Source: Bryobacterales bacterium
GTDB lineage: Bacteria > Acidobacteriota > Terriglobia > Bryobacterales > UBA6623
Length of the DNA: 35,916 bases
Direction of reading: 5' to 3'
NCBI GenBank assembly: GCA_022825595.1
Contig: JAJDWM010000499.1
Span: 1 to 35,916 of the forward strand
How positions within the stretch are numbered: position 1 is the stretch's first letter; each line of letters starts with the position of its first letter. Made by a program: the position numbers and the translations under genes. Below the pieces are notes generated by a model that worked only from the letters and a program-made list of their open reading frames with translations, was not told the DNA's origin and made no database searches. Below are positions 27,417 to 34,971 of the stretch, one piece after another.

Positions 27417-28526
27417 TCAGGAAGGTCCGCGCAGATCGCGAGGTGTAGGGAACTCCAACAGTATCGTCTTCGCCGAGTCCTCCCCGCGGTAGGTTCGCGT
27501 TACGCTGTCGCCTACCACAACCTCCACTCTCCAGTCGGCGATGAGGCGCTCGAGATCCGGTGGCGGTGCGTCAGGCGGATAGTCCTCAACCGGATACTCT
27601 TCGAACAGCCTCTGCAGGAAGGGAATGATGACCAACCTGTACCGATCGAGGTCCGACTGGTGCCTGAACCAAACTTCTCTCAGAAGGACAGTTGGCGCGG
27701 GGTACGGCCTCTTGTCGCTCGTTTCCCAGACGTCCGCCATCCATATTGCCTCGGGAGGAAAGACATAGTGCACAGAATCCCGCGTCCCGGCACGCAGCAG
27801 AGTGTGCAGGGTCATCTGCACGTTCCTGAGCGTGCAGAACATGAAGTCGCCTCCGGTGAAGACGACCCTCCCGGCGTCGACTAGGATCGTGTGTTCTTGC
27901 CCCTCGCTGACGATGGCAATATCGGGCTTGCGATCTGATCCGTACCAGTTCGGGTACTCGTCGCTCACCCAGAAGACCACGGTTCGCCCGCTGTCCTTCG
28001 ACTCTTGTACCCAACGGTCGATTCCCGCCTTCGCGACCGCTGTGTGGTCGAAGCCATCGCGATTTGCGTGGCCGACGAAGAGCAAGTCCTCACCGCTGAT
28101 CGTGTCGACTTCGCTGTGATGAACGGCTTTGATCGGCGCTAGTTCTGTCCCCCGAACCGTGATTTTGTAACGTCTCTCCGCCGCACCAGCCCGGACCAGA
28201 AGCTCCGTCGTGCCCTCAGCGGTCGCCCGAGCGAGGCCCGTGCGATGCTCCACTATCAGGATGCTCGGATCGTCGGACTCGAACTCGAACGTTTCGGCAG
28301 ACTCCAATGCGCCGCTCCGTTCGCGCAACATCGGCGCATACCGGACCGTTTCGCCGGGCCGCAGATCGAAGTACCTCGGGATCAACTCGATTTGCCCGGG
28401 CCTGTCGGACGCGCACCCGATTGCCCCCGCAATCCCGAGCGCCGAGCCCATGAGTCCGGCCACTGGCCCATTGAGGACGAAGCCTGCGAGCCGATTGCCG
28501 GTCTGCACCGAACTGTGTAGCGTCAC
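27417..28526 (-). CDS. hypothetical lipoprotein: Big_2-like Ig domain plus unknown alpha/beta domain
   Basis: ORF 27417..29009(-) overlaps the POT gene. I set the start to GTG 28524-28526, which overlaps the POT TGA stop as GTGA. This gives (M)TLHSSVQTGNRLAGFVLNGPVAGLMGSALGIAGAIGC, a lipobox-type leader. IELIPRYFDLRPGETVRY...TAEGTTELLVRAG..RYKITV resembles a Big_2 domain. I do not recognise the remaining ~260 aa. Alternative starts are GTG 28463 and ATG 28451. Confidence 0.65.
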   Translation of the reverse strand: MTLHSSVQTGNRLAGFVLNGPVAGLMGSALGIAGAIGCASDRPGQIELIPRYFDLRPGETVRYAPMLRERSGALESAETFEFESDDPSILIVEHRTGLARATAEGTTELLVRAGAAERRYKITVRGTELAPIKAVHHSEVDTISGEDLLFVGHANRDGFDHTAVAKAGIDRWVQESKDSGRTVVFWVSDEYPNWYGSDRKPDIAIVSEGQEHTILVDAGRVVFTGGDFMFCTLRNVQMTLHTLLRAGTRDSVHYVFPPEAIWMADVWETSDKRPYPAPTVLLREVWFRHQSDLDRYRLVIIPFLQRLFEEYPVEDYPPDAPPPDLERLIADWRVEVVVGDSVTRTYRGEDSAKTILLEFPTPRDLRGPS

Positions 28527-29845
28527 ACGCCGGGCATGGCCCGCTTGAGTGGCCTTAGCAGGCCGGCCAGTATGGCTGCCACAGCGACGCACATCAGGCC
28601 CAGCAGTGCGAAGAACTGCGAGTGTGGCCAGCGCGTCCAGTACACGCCGATCGCGGTCAGTTTGTTCCCGACCGCTGTAGCGACGAACCAACCCCCCATC
28701 ATCATCCCGCGGAGGCGGAAGGGTGCCACTTTCGACACGAGGGAGAGGCCCATCGGGGATAGCAACAGCTCGCCCAGCGTTACGATGCCGTACGACGAAA
28801 TCAGCCATGCGGGGGAGACCTTGTAGGCATAGGGGTCCGCGCCGGTCACTGACGCCTCTCCGATGCTTGCGGCCCAGTACAGGACGAAGAACGACAGGCC
28901 GGTCAGAAGCATCCCGATCGTCATCTTTGCCGGCGTGGACGGTTCCATGCCGCGGCGCCCCAGCCATCCCCAGAGCTTCACGAGAGGGAATGAGAGTATC
29001 AGAATCCATGCGGGATTGATCGCGTTGGATATCGTTCCCGACACGTTCCAGGCAGTGTTGTCATCTGCAAAGTACGTGAGCGTCGACCCATTCTGGTGGA
29101 AGGCCATCCAGAAGACGACCACGATCGCGAAGACGACGAGCAGCGCTCCCACGCGACGGCCCTCTGAGACCGAGGACAGTTCGGCACTCTCAGCTGCGGC
29201 GCCCAGTCCGGCGACCTGTGGCTCGTCCACGACGCGAACGTGCTCTCGCCACCAGTAGAGCGTCAGCAACGAAATCACCATTCCGACTCCCGCGACGGCG
29301 AAGGCCGGGTGGTAGCCGGCCGACGTCTTGACCACCTCCATCGTGATCGGCGCAACGAAAGCCCCTACGTTGATCCCGAAGTAGAAGATCACGAAGGCGC
29401 GGTCCTTTAGAGGGCTGCCGTCCGGATAGAGGTTCCCGACCATGGTGGAAACGTTTGGCTTGAAGAGGCCGTTTCCCACGATGAGGCAGGCCAGCGCTGC
29501 GTACACGATCGTGATCGAGTGGAACGAGAGCAGGAAGTGTCCCGCAACGAAGAAGACGGCCCCGATGAGCGTCGTGCGCAGATAGCCGAGATACCGATCG
29601 GCCAGCAGGCCGCCTATGAATGGGCTGGCGTAGACGAATGTCAGGTACCACGAATACAGGCTCGTGGCCTCCGCTTCTGTCCAACCGAAGCCTTGGGTGC
29701 TGTCCCGGAGGTACAGAGTGAACATCGAGAGCATTGAGTAGAAGCTGAACCGCTCCCAAGCCTCGGACGCGAATAGGACGTAGAGCCCTTTGGGGTGTCT
29801 CAGTGATTGCTGCGTTTCCGTCCCGTCCATAACACTCCTGTTCAC
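28523..29845 (-). CDS. POT/PTR2 family proton-dependent oligopeptide transporter (MFS)
   Basis: 440 aa and polytopic. GLYVLFASEAWERFSFYSMLSMFTLYL and FIGGLLADRYLG are the PTR2 signature regions. Confidence 0.9.
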   Translation of the reverse strand: MNRSVMDGTETQQSLRHPKGLYVLFASEAWERFSFYSMLSMFTLYLRDSTQGFGWTEAEATSLYSWYLTFVYASPFIGGLLADRYLGYLRTTLIGAVFFVAGHFLLSFHSITIVYAALACLIVGNGLFKPNVSTMVGNLYPDGSPLKDRAFVIFYFGINVGAFVAPITMEVVKTSAGYHPAFAVAGVGMVISLLTLYWWREHVRVVDEPQVAGLGAAAESAELSSVSEGRRVGALLVVFAIVVVFWMAFHQNGSTLTYFADDNTAWNVSGTISNAINPAWILILSFPLVKLWGWLGRRGMEPSTPAKMTIGMLLTGLSFFVLYWAASIGEASVTGADPYAYKVSPAWLISSYGIVTLGELLLSPMGLSLVSKVAPFRLRGMMMGGWFVATAVGNKLTAIGVYWTRWPHSQFFALLGLMCVAVAAILAGLLRPLKRAMPGV

Positions 29846-30302
29846 AGCCGCGTGGTTGCCCGATCCGTGCGTGCGCAGCTTCGGCGCTTCATCGCAACCT
29901 TTGAATTGTACTTGCCGCGACCTGGCCTTCTCCTTCTCGGAAGCCCGGCGGCTGGACGACTCAGTCTTGTGGCAAGTGGATCATTGAGGAAATATGGGGC
30001 GGCTAGGTTGCCGACGTCGGTACCGGACGATAGCAGACTAGGGCCGCGAATGGCTAGGCGGTTGGCCAGAGGTGGTCGGTCGGCCCCGTGGCACATCCAC
30101 TCCCTGGCAAGAATGGCCAGAACACATCGATAATGCGCAACAAGGCGGGGCATCGAGCGGAAACGGTCTGCAAGCGTCGAATATGCCCGTCGGATACCAA
30201 GAACTGCACCAAGCAATGGCGGCCGACCTTCGAAGCGTCAGCTTCGTATCTTGGCTGGCCAGCTCTTTGTCGATAGCCCCAAAGTGCTTCGAGGTGTCCG
30301 CA

Positions 30303-30665
30303 ATGCGAGATGGCCGCGCCCTCGCGGAGCAGTGCTATCGCATCATCGGCGAGATGGCCTTGTTGGGAGACCTGTGCCCCGGCTTGCTCGCCAAGCGCTA
30401 CCACTGCTGCGGCAAACCGTCCTGCCACTGCCAGCTGGAGGGAGACCTCGGACACGGACTGCACTACATCCTCAAGTACCACAAGTCTGGCAGGCAGACC
30501 ACCCGGTCCATCCCGGTCGCCGAGGTCAAGGCAATGACCGAGCAGGTGGCGACATTCCAGCGCCTGCGCCGACTGTGCGGGGAGTATCTCGCCGGGTCCC
30601 CGAAGTTGTCCGATGCCCGCCGTGCGGAGTGCGCCGGCGACGCCGCCCAACAAGCCCCTGGATGA
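30303..30665 (+). CDS. DUF6788-like small Cys-rich protein
   Basis: This sits within ORF 30072..30665, with ATG 30303 taken as the start. LLAKRYHCCGKPSCHCQLEGDLGHGLHYILKYHKSGRQTTRSIPVAEVKAMTEQVATFQRLRRL resembles the (R)Y.KCGKP.C.C....HGPYWYL....GKT....IP pattern I associate with DUF6788. The start is uncertain. The antisense ORF 30054..30653 looks spurious. Confidence 0.5.
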   Translation: MRDGRALAEQCYRIIGEMALLGDLCPGLLAKRYHCCGKPSCHCQLEGDLGHGLHYILKYHKSGRQTTRSIPVAEVKAMTEQVATFQRLRRLCGEYLAGSPKLSDARRAECAGDAAQQAPG

Positions 30666-30716
30666 GCGAAACTCCAGTGCAAGTGGTGTCTAGGGAGACG
30701 GCTGGCGATCCCATGA

Positions 30717-31141
30717 GCGGTCGGCGCTGTGTGCAAGCCGACGATTCGGGACGGAGCTGGTTTGACGCTGTTCTCGGTCGGCCTAGTAGGCGAACTGCGG
30801 CCAACACTCGGCGACCTCACGGAATCGAGGCTTGTGATCCTTGACGACAACGGACCCACGGGCGCGATTCCCCGGGAGCTAGGCGATCTCAAGCGCTTGT
30901 AGCCCTAGAGCTTCACACCAATGACCTGGTCGGCCCGATTCCGCGCGGATTGGGCTTGCTGGCCGGTCCGCGATGGCTGTCTTCGCATAACAGCAATCTT
31001 GCCGGCGGGTTTCGGGACGGGCTTGGCAACCTCGCCAAGGTGGAGTTGCCAGGTTTTGGCCGCAATCGCCTAGCCCGCAAGATCATTCCGGGCACATCCA
31101 CGGAGGAAATGGTCCTGGAAAGGCGCATCGGCTACGAATAG
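30717..31141 (+). pseudogene. 5'-truncated, frameshifted leucine-rich-repeat (LRR) protein remnant
   Basis: Translation shows 24-residue LRR periodicity. Frame A (30717-30899) reads ...LGDLTESRLVILDDNGPTGAIPRELGDLKRL then TAG. The repeat continues in another frame from about 30896 as LVALELHTNDLVGPIPRG / LGLLAGPRWLSSHNSNLAGGFRDG / LGNLAKVELPGFGRNRLARKIIPG. There is no start codon or N-terminal region, and later units are degenerate. Confidence 0.5.
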
Positions 31142-31150
31142 CGCCAGGCC

Positions 31151-31542
31151 TACCTCCTCAATGGCAGGGTCGTTTCCCACGGTCTGTACCGCGACGTGGG
31201 TTTGGGGGACGCGGACCGGTTTAGCGCATTCGTCGGGTGGCGGAGGTGGCCCGCCTCATGGTGGCCGTGTCCTTCCTCGGCCCCTTTCGAGTCGAGCGTG
31301 ACTTTGCCCGCAGCCTCTTCGAGCCGGGCGACTCTGTGTAGGTCTTCGTGGACGCGCCCCCGGAGAATTGCGCCAAGCGTGACCCAAAGGGTTTCTACAC
31401 CAAGGCGATTAGGGGCGAGATTAGCAACTTCACCGGTGTGGACAATTCCTACGAGCGACCCGAGCGGTCGCACATCCGGCCGGATGCCTACAGACTCGTC
31501 CCCGTGGACTGCGTAGAGGCGGTCATGCGGGGTCTCGTGTGA
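31151..31542 (+). pseudogene. cysC: adenylylsulfate (APS) kinase pseudogene
   Basis: The three-frame reading YLLNGRVVSHGLYRDVGLGDADR / V*RIRRVAEVARLMV--AVSFLGPFRVERDFARSLFEPGDSV*VFVDAPPENCAKRDPKGFYTKAIRGEISNFTGVDNSYERPE aligns along its length with E. coli CysC ([51 protein letters not shown]...FIEVFVDTPL..CE.RDPKGLYKKA..GE..NFTGID..YE.PE). The P-loop N-terminus is missing. There is a 1-nt frameshift near 31219, in-frame TAG codons at 31222-31224 and 31339-31341 (both at Glu positions), and a ~6-aa internal deletion. Confidence 0.8.
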
Positions 31543-32770
31543 CCTGTCCCCACGCCGATGCGGTGGCAGAGCCGCTGAAGGGGGCCGCCGGCCGCCCGGT
31601 GCATTTGGGCGTCCTCGCGGCGCTTGCGATCCTAGCACCGCTGTCGGTCAACATGTACCTTCCGGCCCTGCCGGACATCGGCTACGGGTTTGAGGTCGGC
31701 GTTCCACGGATTCAATTCACGCTCCGCGTGTTTCTGGCCGGGCTGGGGCTGGGGCAGGGCATTGGGGCTCCCATGTCGGACCAATACGGCCGGTGGCCCG
31801 CGGTCTTGCTCGGAGCAGTGGTCTTTGGCGCCACCACAATGGGCATCTTTGTATGCGGGTCCGCCAACCCGTTCACCCGGCTTCGCTTGGTTCCGCGGCA
31901 TCGGGACCAGCACTGCGGTGGTGAATGTCGGAACCGTCTTGGGAGATCTGGTCGGCACTCAGGGCGCGGCTCGCGCGCTCAGTTCCATCGGTGCGATTCA
32001 GGCAGTGGCGCGACTTGCAGGGCCGGCCATCGGCACTGCCCTTCTAGCCGAATTCGGCTGGAGATCAATCTTCCTTGCGCTGTTTGTCTATTGCGCATTC
32101 CTAGCATGCCTGCTGTGGCTCCAGCTGCCCGAAACGGTCGGCACGCGGGCGCACGCCCCTAGCGGTTCAACCGTTGGCCGAGCAATCGCCAGGTATCGGC
32201 GTGTTGGATCCGCGGCGAGCCCTAGACTATGCCATCTGCCTTGCCTGCTCAACGGGCTCCATGCTGGTCTACCTGACCGACTCGGCCTTCATCTACATGA
32301 CCAGGTTTCGCTTGGGACCGCGGGCCTTCAGCGGCCTGCTGGCCCTGAACATCGCTGCCTTCGCGGTCTGTCCGATCATCAACGCCCAGCTGTTGAATCG
32401 GATTCCGGCCAGCCGAATCGTTGCGGCGGCTTGTTGCATTCAGCTATTCGGCGCCGGAGCCTTTCTAGCGCACGCTACGCTGACTACGCCATCACTTCCG
32501 GTTGTGATCATGCGCATCATGGTGTGCTCGGGAGTCCACGGCATGATCCTCGGCAATGCCGGGGCCCGCTTCTTGAGCCATTTCCCGGGCAGCCGCGCCA
32601 CTGCGGCAGGTGTCGCCGGGAGCTTCCAGTTTCTCGTCGCCGGAATCATGGGCACTGGGTTAGGCATCCCCCACACTGGTACCCTCGCGGCGGCGGCGCT
32701 GTGCGCGCTGCTTGCGCTGCTGGCGGTCCCCTTAGCAAGACCTACGAAGGAAGCCTCGTGGGTGGGCTAA
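31539..32770 (+). pseudogene. Bcr/CflA-type MFS efflux transporter, split over three reading frames
   Basis: Family-like sequence runs in frame 0 (31539 to ~31880: LAPLSVNMYLPALPDIGYGF...GAPMSDQYGRWPAVLLGAVVFG). It continues in frame +1 (~31885 to ~32195: FAWFRGIGTSTAVVNVGTVLGDL...LLAEFGWRSIFLALF...LQLPET). It finishes in frame +2 (~32200 to 32770: VLDPRRALDYAICLACSTGSMLVYLTDSAFIY...). That requires two single-nucleotide frameshifts. Confidence 0.75.
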
Positions 32771-33822
32771 ACGCCATCCTCATCGGCGTAGCCAAGGATC
32801 CGCTGGCCTGGAGCGCACGCTAGCGCCAATCGGACCTGCCGATCTTCGGAAAGCCGCGTCCAGCTTGGCGTCTTGCGCCGTGGAAGTGTCTTCAGCGCCT
32901 CGAGCCACTTGACGTCGCCCAACCCGGGTCCGACGAACTCCGCGAATCGCGTCATCTCCTCCTTGGGCGACTTGAGGAGTGTCTCAAACCGCATCGACAG
33001 CACGCGCCCCGGGGCAAGCGTATCGAGAAAGCCCGTGCCGCTCTCGATCATGCCGCTCCAGACCCAACCGAAGGATTCCAGCGGGATCTCGCGCTCCAAG
33101 AACCGCTGGGGCGAGGCGAGGCGCGCGTGAATCCTAGCGACAATGTGGACCCAAGGGCTGCTCCCGCGCCAGTTCAGATGTGAGAACGGGTTGAGCCCCA
33201 CTTTCCGAAGCGCCAGCGAACTGATCGCCATTGCGCGAAACCCGGGATGGTTGTACATCGAGATCGCCGTATCCCGGCCATCGCGGTGGATGTGGACAAA
33301 ACGGGCGTCTGGAAACCAGCGCGCCAGCACCGGAGCCATCGGCAGGGTGCCCCCAGTGCGTTCCACCCAGACCCGCCTGTTGAACCGCGTCCTGAGCCAG
33401 TCCAGAACGAAACGGTAGTGATCCGTCAAGCGGTGGCGTCCTCTTGCGCGCAACTGCGGTCCCAGCTCGTCCCAGAGGCGTTCGTGATCGTCCGTCACGT
33501 GCGGCAGCGTAGTGCACATGATCGGTGGCAGGTCCCCGATCCCATATCGGCCGCTCTTGTCCAGCGGATATAGGAATTCTCCGAAGTTCGCATTCTCGAG
33601 AAACGCCCGCAGCGCGGGCGTGGGCGTGTTCAGCCGGCGGAACGCGGCCTCTCCGGTCACCCTCGCTGCGCGAATGGCCCCGGGTCCGAGATAGGCGAAG
33701 AACTCCGAGACGCTCAGGATCTGAGGGTTCCGGCGGACCATCGCGGACAGCAGGGTCGATCCGCACCGCCCCGTGCTGACGACGAAGACCGGATCGAGCG
33801 TCGCTCGCCTACGGCCGTCCAC
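32767..33822 (-). CDS. PAPS-dependent sulfotransferase family protein
   Basis: 351 aa. VFVVSTGRCGSTLLSAMV is a 5'-phosphosulfate-binding P-loop and FVHIHRDGRDTAISM is a 3'-phosphate-binding motif. It starts 12 nt downstream of the second sulfotransferase gene. Confidence 0.85.
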   Translation of the reverse strand: MDGRRRATLDPVFVVSTGRCGSTLLSAMVRRNPQILSVSEFFAYLGPGAIRAARVTGEAAFRRLNTPTPALRAFLENANFGEFLYPLDKSGRYGIGDLPPIMCTTLPHVTDDHERLWDELGPQLRARGRHRLTDHYRFVLDWLRTRFNRRVWVERTGGTLPMAPVLARWFPDARFVHIHRDGRDTAISMYNHPGFRAMAISSLALRKVGLNPFSHLNWRGSSPWVHIVARIHARLASPQRFLEREIPLESFGWVWSGMIESGTGFLDTLAPGRVLSMRFETLLKSPKEEMTRFAEFVGPGLGDVKWLEALKTLPRRKTPSWTRLSEDRQVRLALACAPGQRILGYADEDGV

Positions 33823-33834
33823 TTGGCGTCTTCC

Positions 33835-34956
33835 TTACTCGGCTGCTCCGGCCCCCGGACGCTGGTACCCCCATTCCTCGACGGCGAAGCCCCAGTTGCG
33901 ATCCACGAGGTCGATTGTGGAGCCGTCGATACGGTAACGGTTCTTGCGGTAGCCGTGGAGGGTCTCCAGATAATCGGCGACCCGGGTGCGGGTGCGCTCC
34001 CAGTTCGGCAGGCCCAGCTCCGAATATACACGCTCAAGCGAACCTAGCGCATCGGCTTCGATGTCCTCGAAGCGCAGTTCGACGAGGTTGCCTTCGGGAA
34101 TTGCAGCGCGGTCTCGCATGTATCGCCGGGTCACATCGGCATAGTTGGCCAGCAGCGCCGCCCGCATCTCGTCCCAGTCCACGGGCTGGAGCTGAAAAAG
34201 GGGGACCATCATTTGGAAGAGCTTCATGGCAGACAAGAACACAATGTAGGGGTTGCGCACGACGAACACGAACTTCGCGCCGGGGAACAGCCGCAGGAGC
34301 AGCGAGGTGCGGCCCAGATTGGCCGCAGTCTTGAGCACGAGCCGACGGCCCCCGAAGGCCAGTGTGGCCTTCCGAAGCACCTCCAGGAAACAGCGCTCCC
34401 ACTCGGCCAGCTCGGCCTTGCTGAGCCGCATGGCTCCCATCCGTTCTGTAATTCTCCGCGGTCGAGAGGGGAAGGTAAGCAGGTGGACTGCCGAGAGAGG
34501 AGTCAAGGCGGCGAGAGCAAGCTCCTCCTCCTGAGGTAGATCGAGCACGACGGCCATGTCGTCCATAGGACGCTGCGCCGGCAGCCTTCCCGCCACAACC
34601 CGCTCGAGCCATCCGCGCGAAATCAGAAAGAATGGCGACGCGAAGGCCTGGAAGGTGGAGACGTAGCCGAGGTCAGGATCGTGCCCTAGGAGATTGTGGA
34701 GGTGCGTCGTCCCACTGCGCGCAAAGCCCTGAATGAACACGGGCGCACGGTCGATGGCCGTCCGCGCTACAACCCGGCCATAGCGCAACCGCTCAGCCGC
34801 GCGAAGCGGAGCGGTGGCCACGCTCGTAGCTAGGATCCCCGCTAACCGGCCCCAATACTTGGGAGGTACGCCGCCGTGCTCGCGAATCAGGCGTGTCCAA
34901 ACTCCTAGCGTCGAGGTCGCAAACAGATGCGGTTGTCGTTTTCTGGAGCCGTGCAA
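33835..34956 (-). CDS. PAPS-dependent sulfotransferase family protein (second, divergent paralogue)
   Basis: 373 aa. PVFIQGFARSGTTHLHNLLGHDP is the PSB loop. FVFVVRNPYIVFLS and the C-terminal ..LRFEDIEADALGSLERVYSELGL.. fit the Sulfotransfer_3-like family. It starts 15 nt downstream of the P450 stop. Confidence 0.85.
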   Translation of the reverse strand: MHGSRKRQPHLFATSTLGVWTRLIREHGGVPPKYWGRLAGILATSVATAPLRAAERLRYGRVVARTAIDRAPVFIQGFARSGTTHLHNLLGHDPDLGYVSTFQAFASPFFLISRGWLERVVAGRLPAQRPMDDMAVVLDLPQEEELALAALTPLSAVHLLTFPSRPRRITERMGAMRLSKAELAEWERCFLEVLRKATLAFGGRRLVLKTAANLGRTSLLLRLFPGAKFVFVVRNPYIVFLSAMKLFQMMVPLFQLQPVDWDEMRAALLANYADVTRRYMRDRAAIPEGNLVELRFEDIEADALGSLERVYSELGLPNWERTRTRVADYLETLHGYRKNRYRIDGSTIDLVDRNWGFAVEEWGYQRPGAGAAE

Positions 34957-34971
34957 GGATGCAATCCCCTT

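Noticed and set aside
28527-29009. The N-terminal 161 codons of track ORF 27417..29009(-), which would make a 530-aa protein.
   Set aside because: This part fully overlaps the 3' end of the well-supported POT transporter gene in another frame, and it translates to Arg/Pro/Gly-rich sequence. The GTGA-coupled start at 28526, followed by a lipobox leader, is more plausible.
31150-31638. A 162-aa minus-strand ORF and the plus-strand ORFs 31196..31516 and 31348..31542, considered as independent genes.
   Set aside because: The plus-strand pieces are fragments of one decayed cysC. The minus-strand ORF is antisense to it and has no family resemblance.
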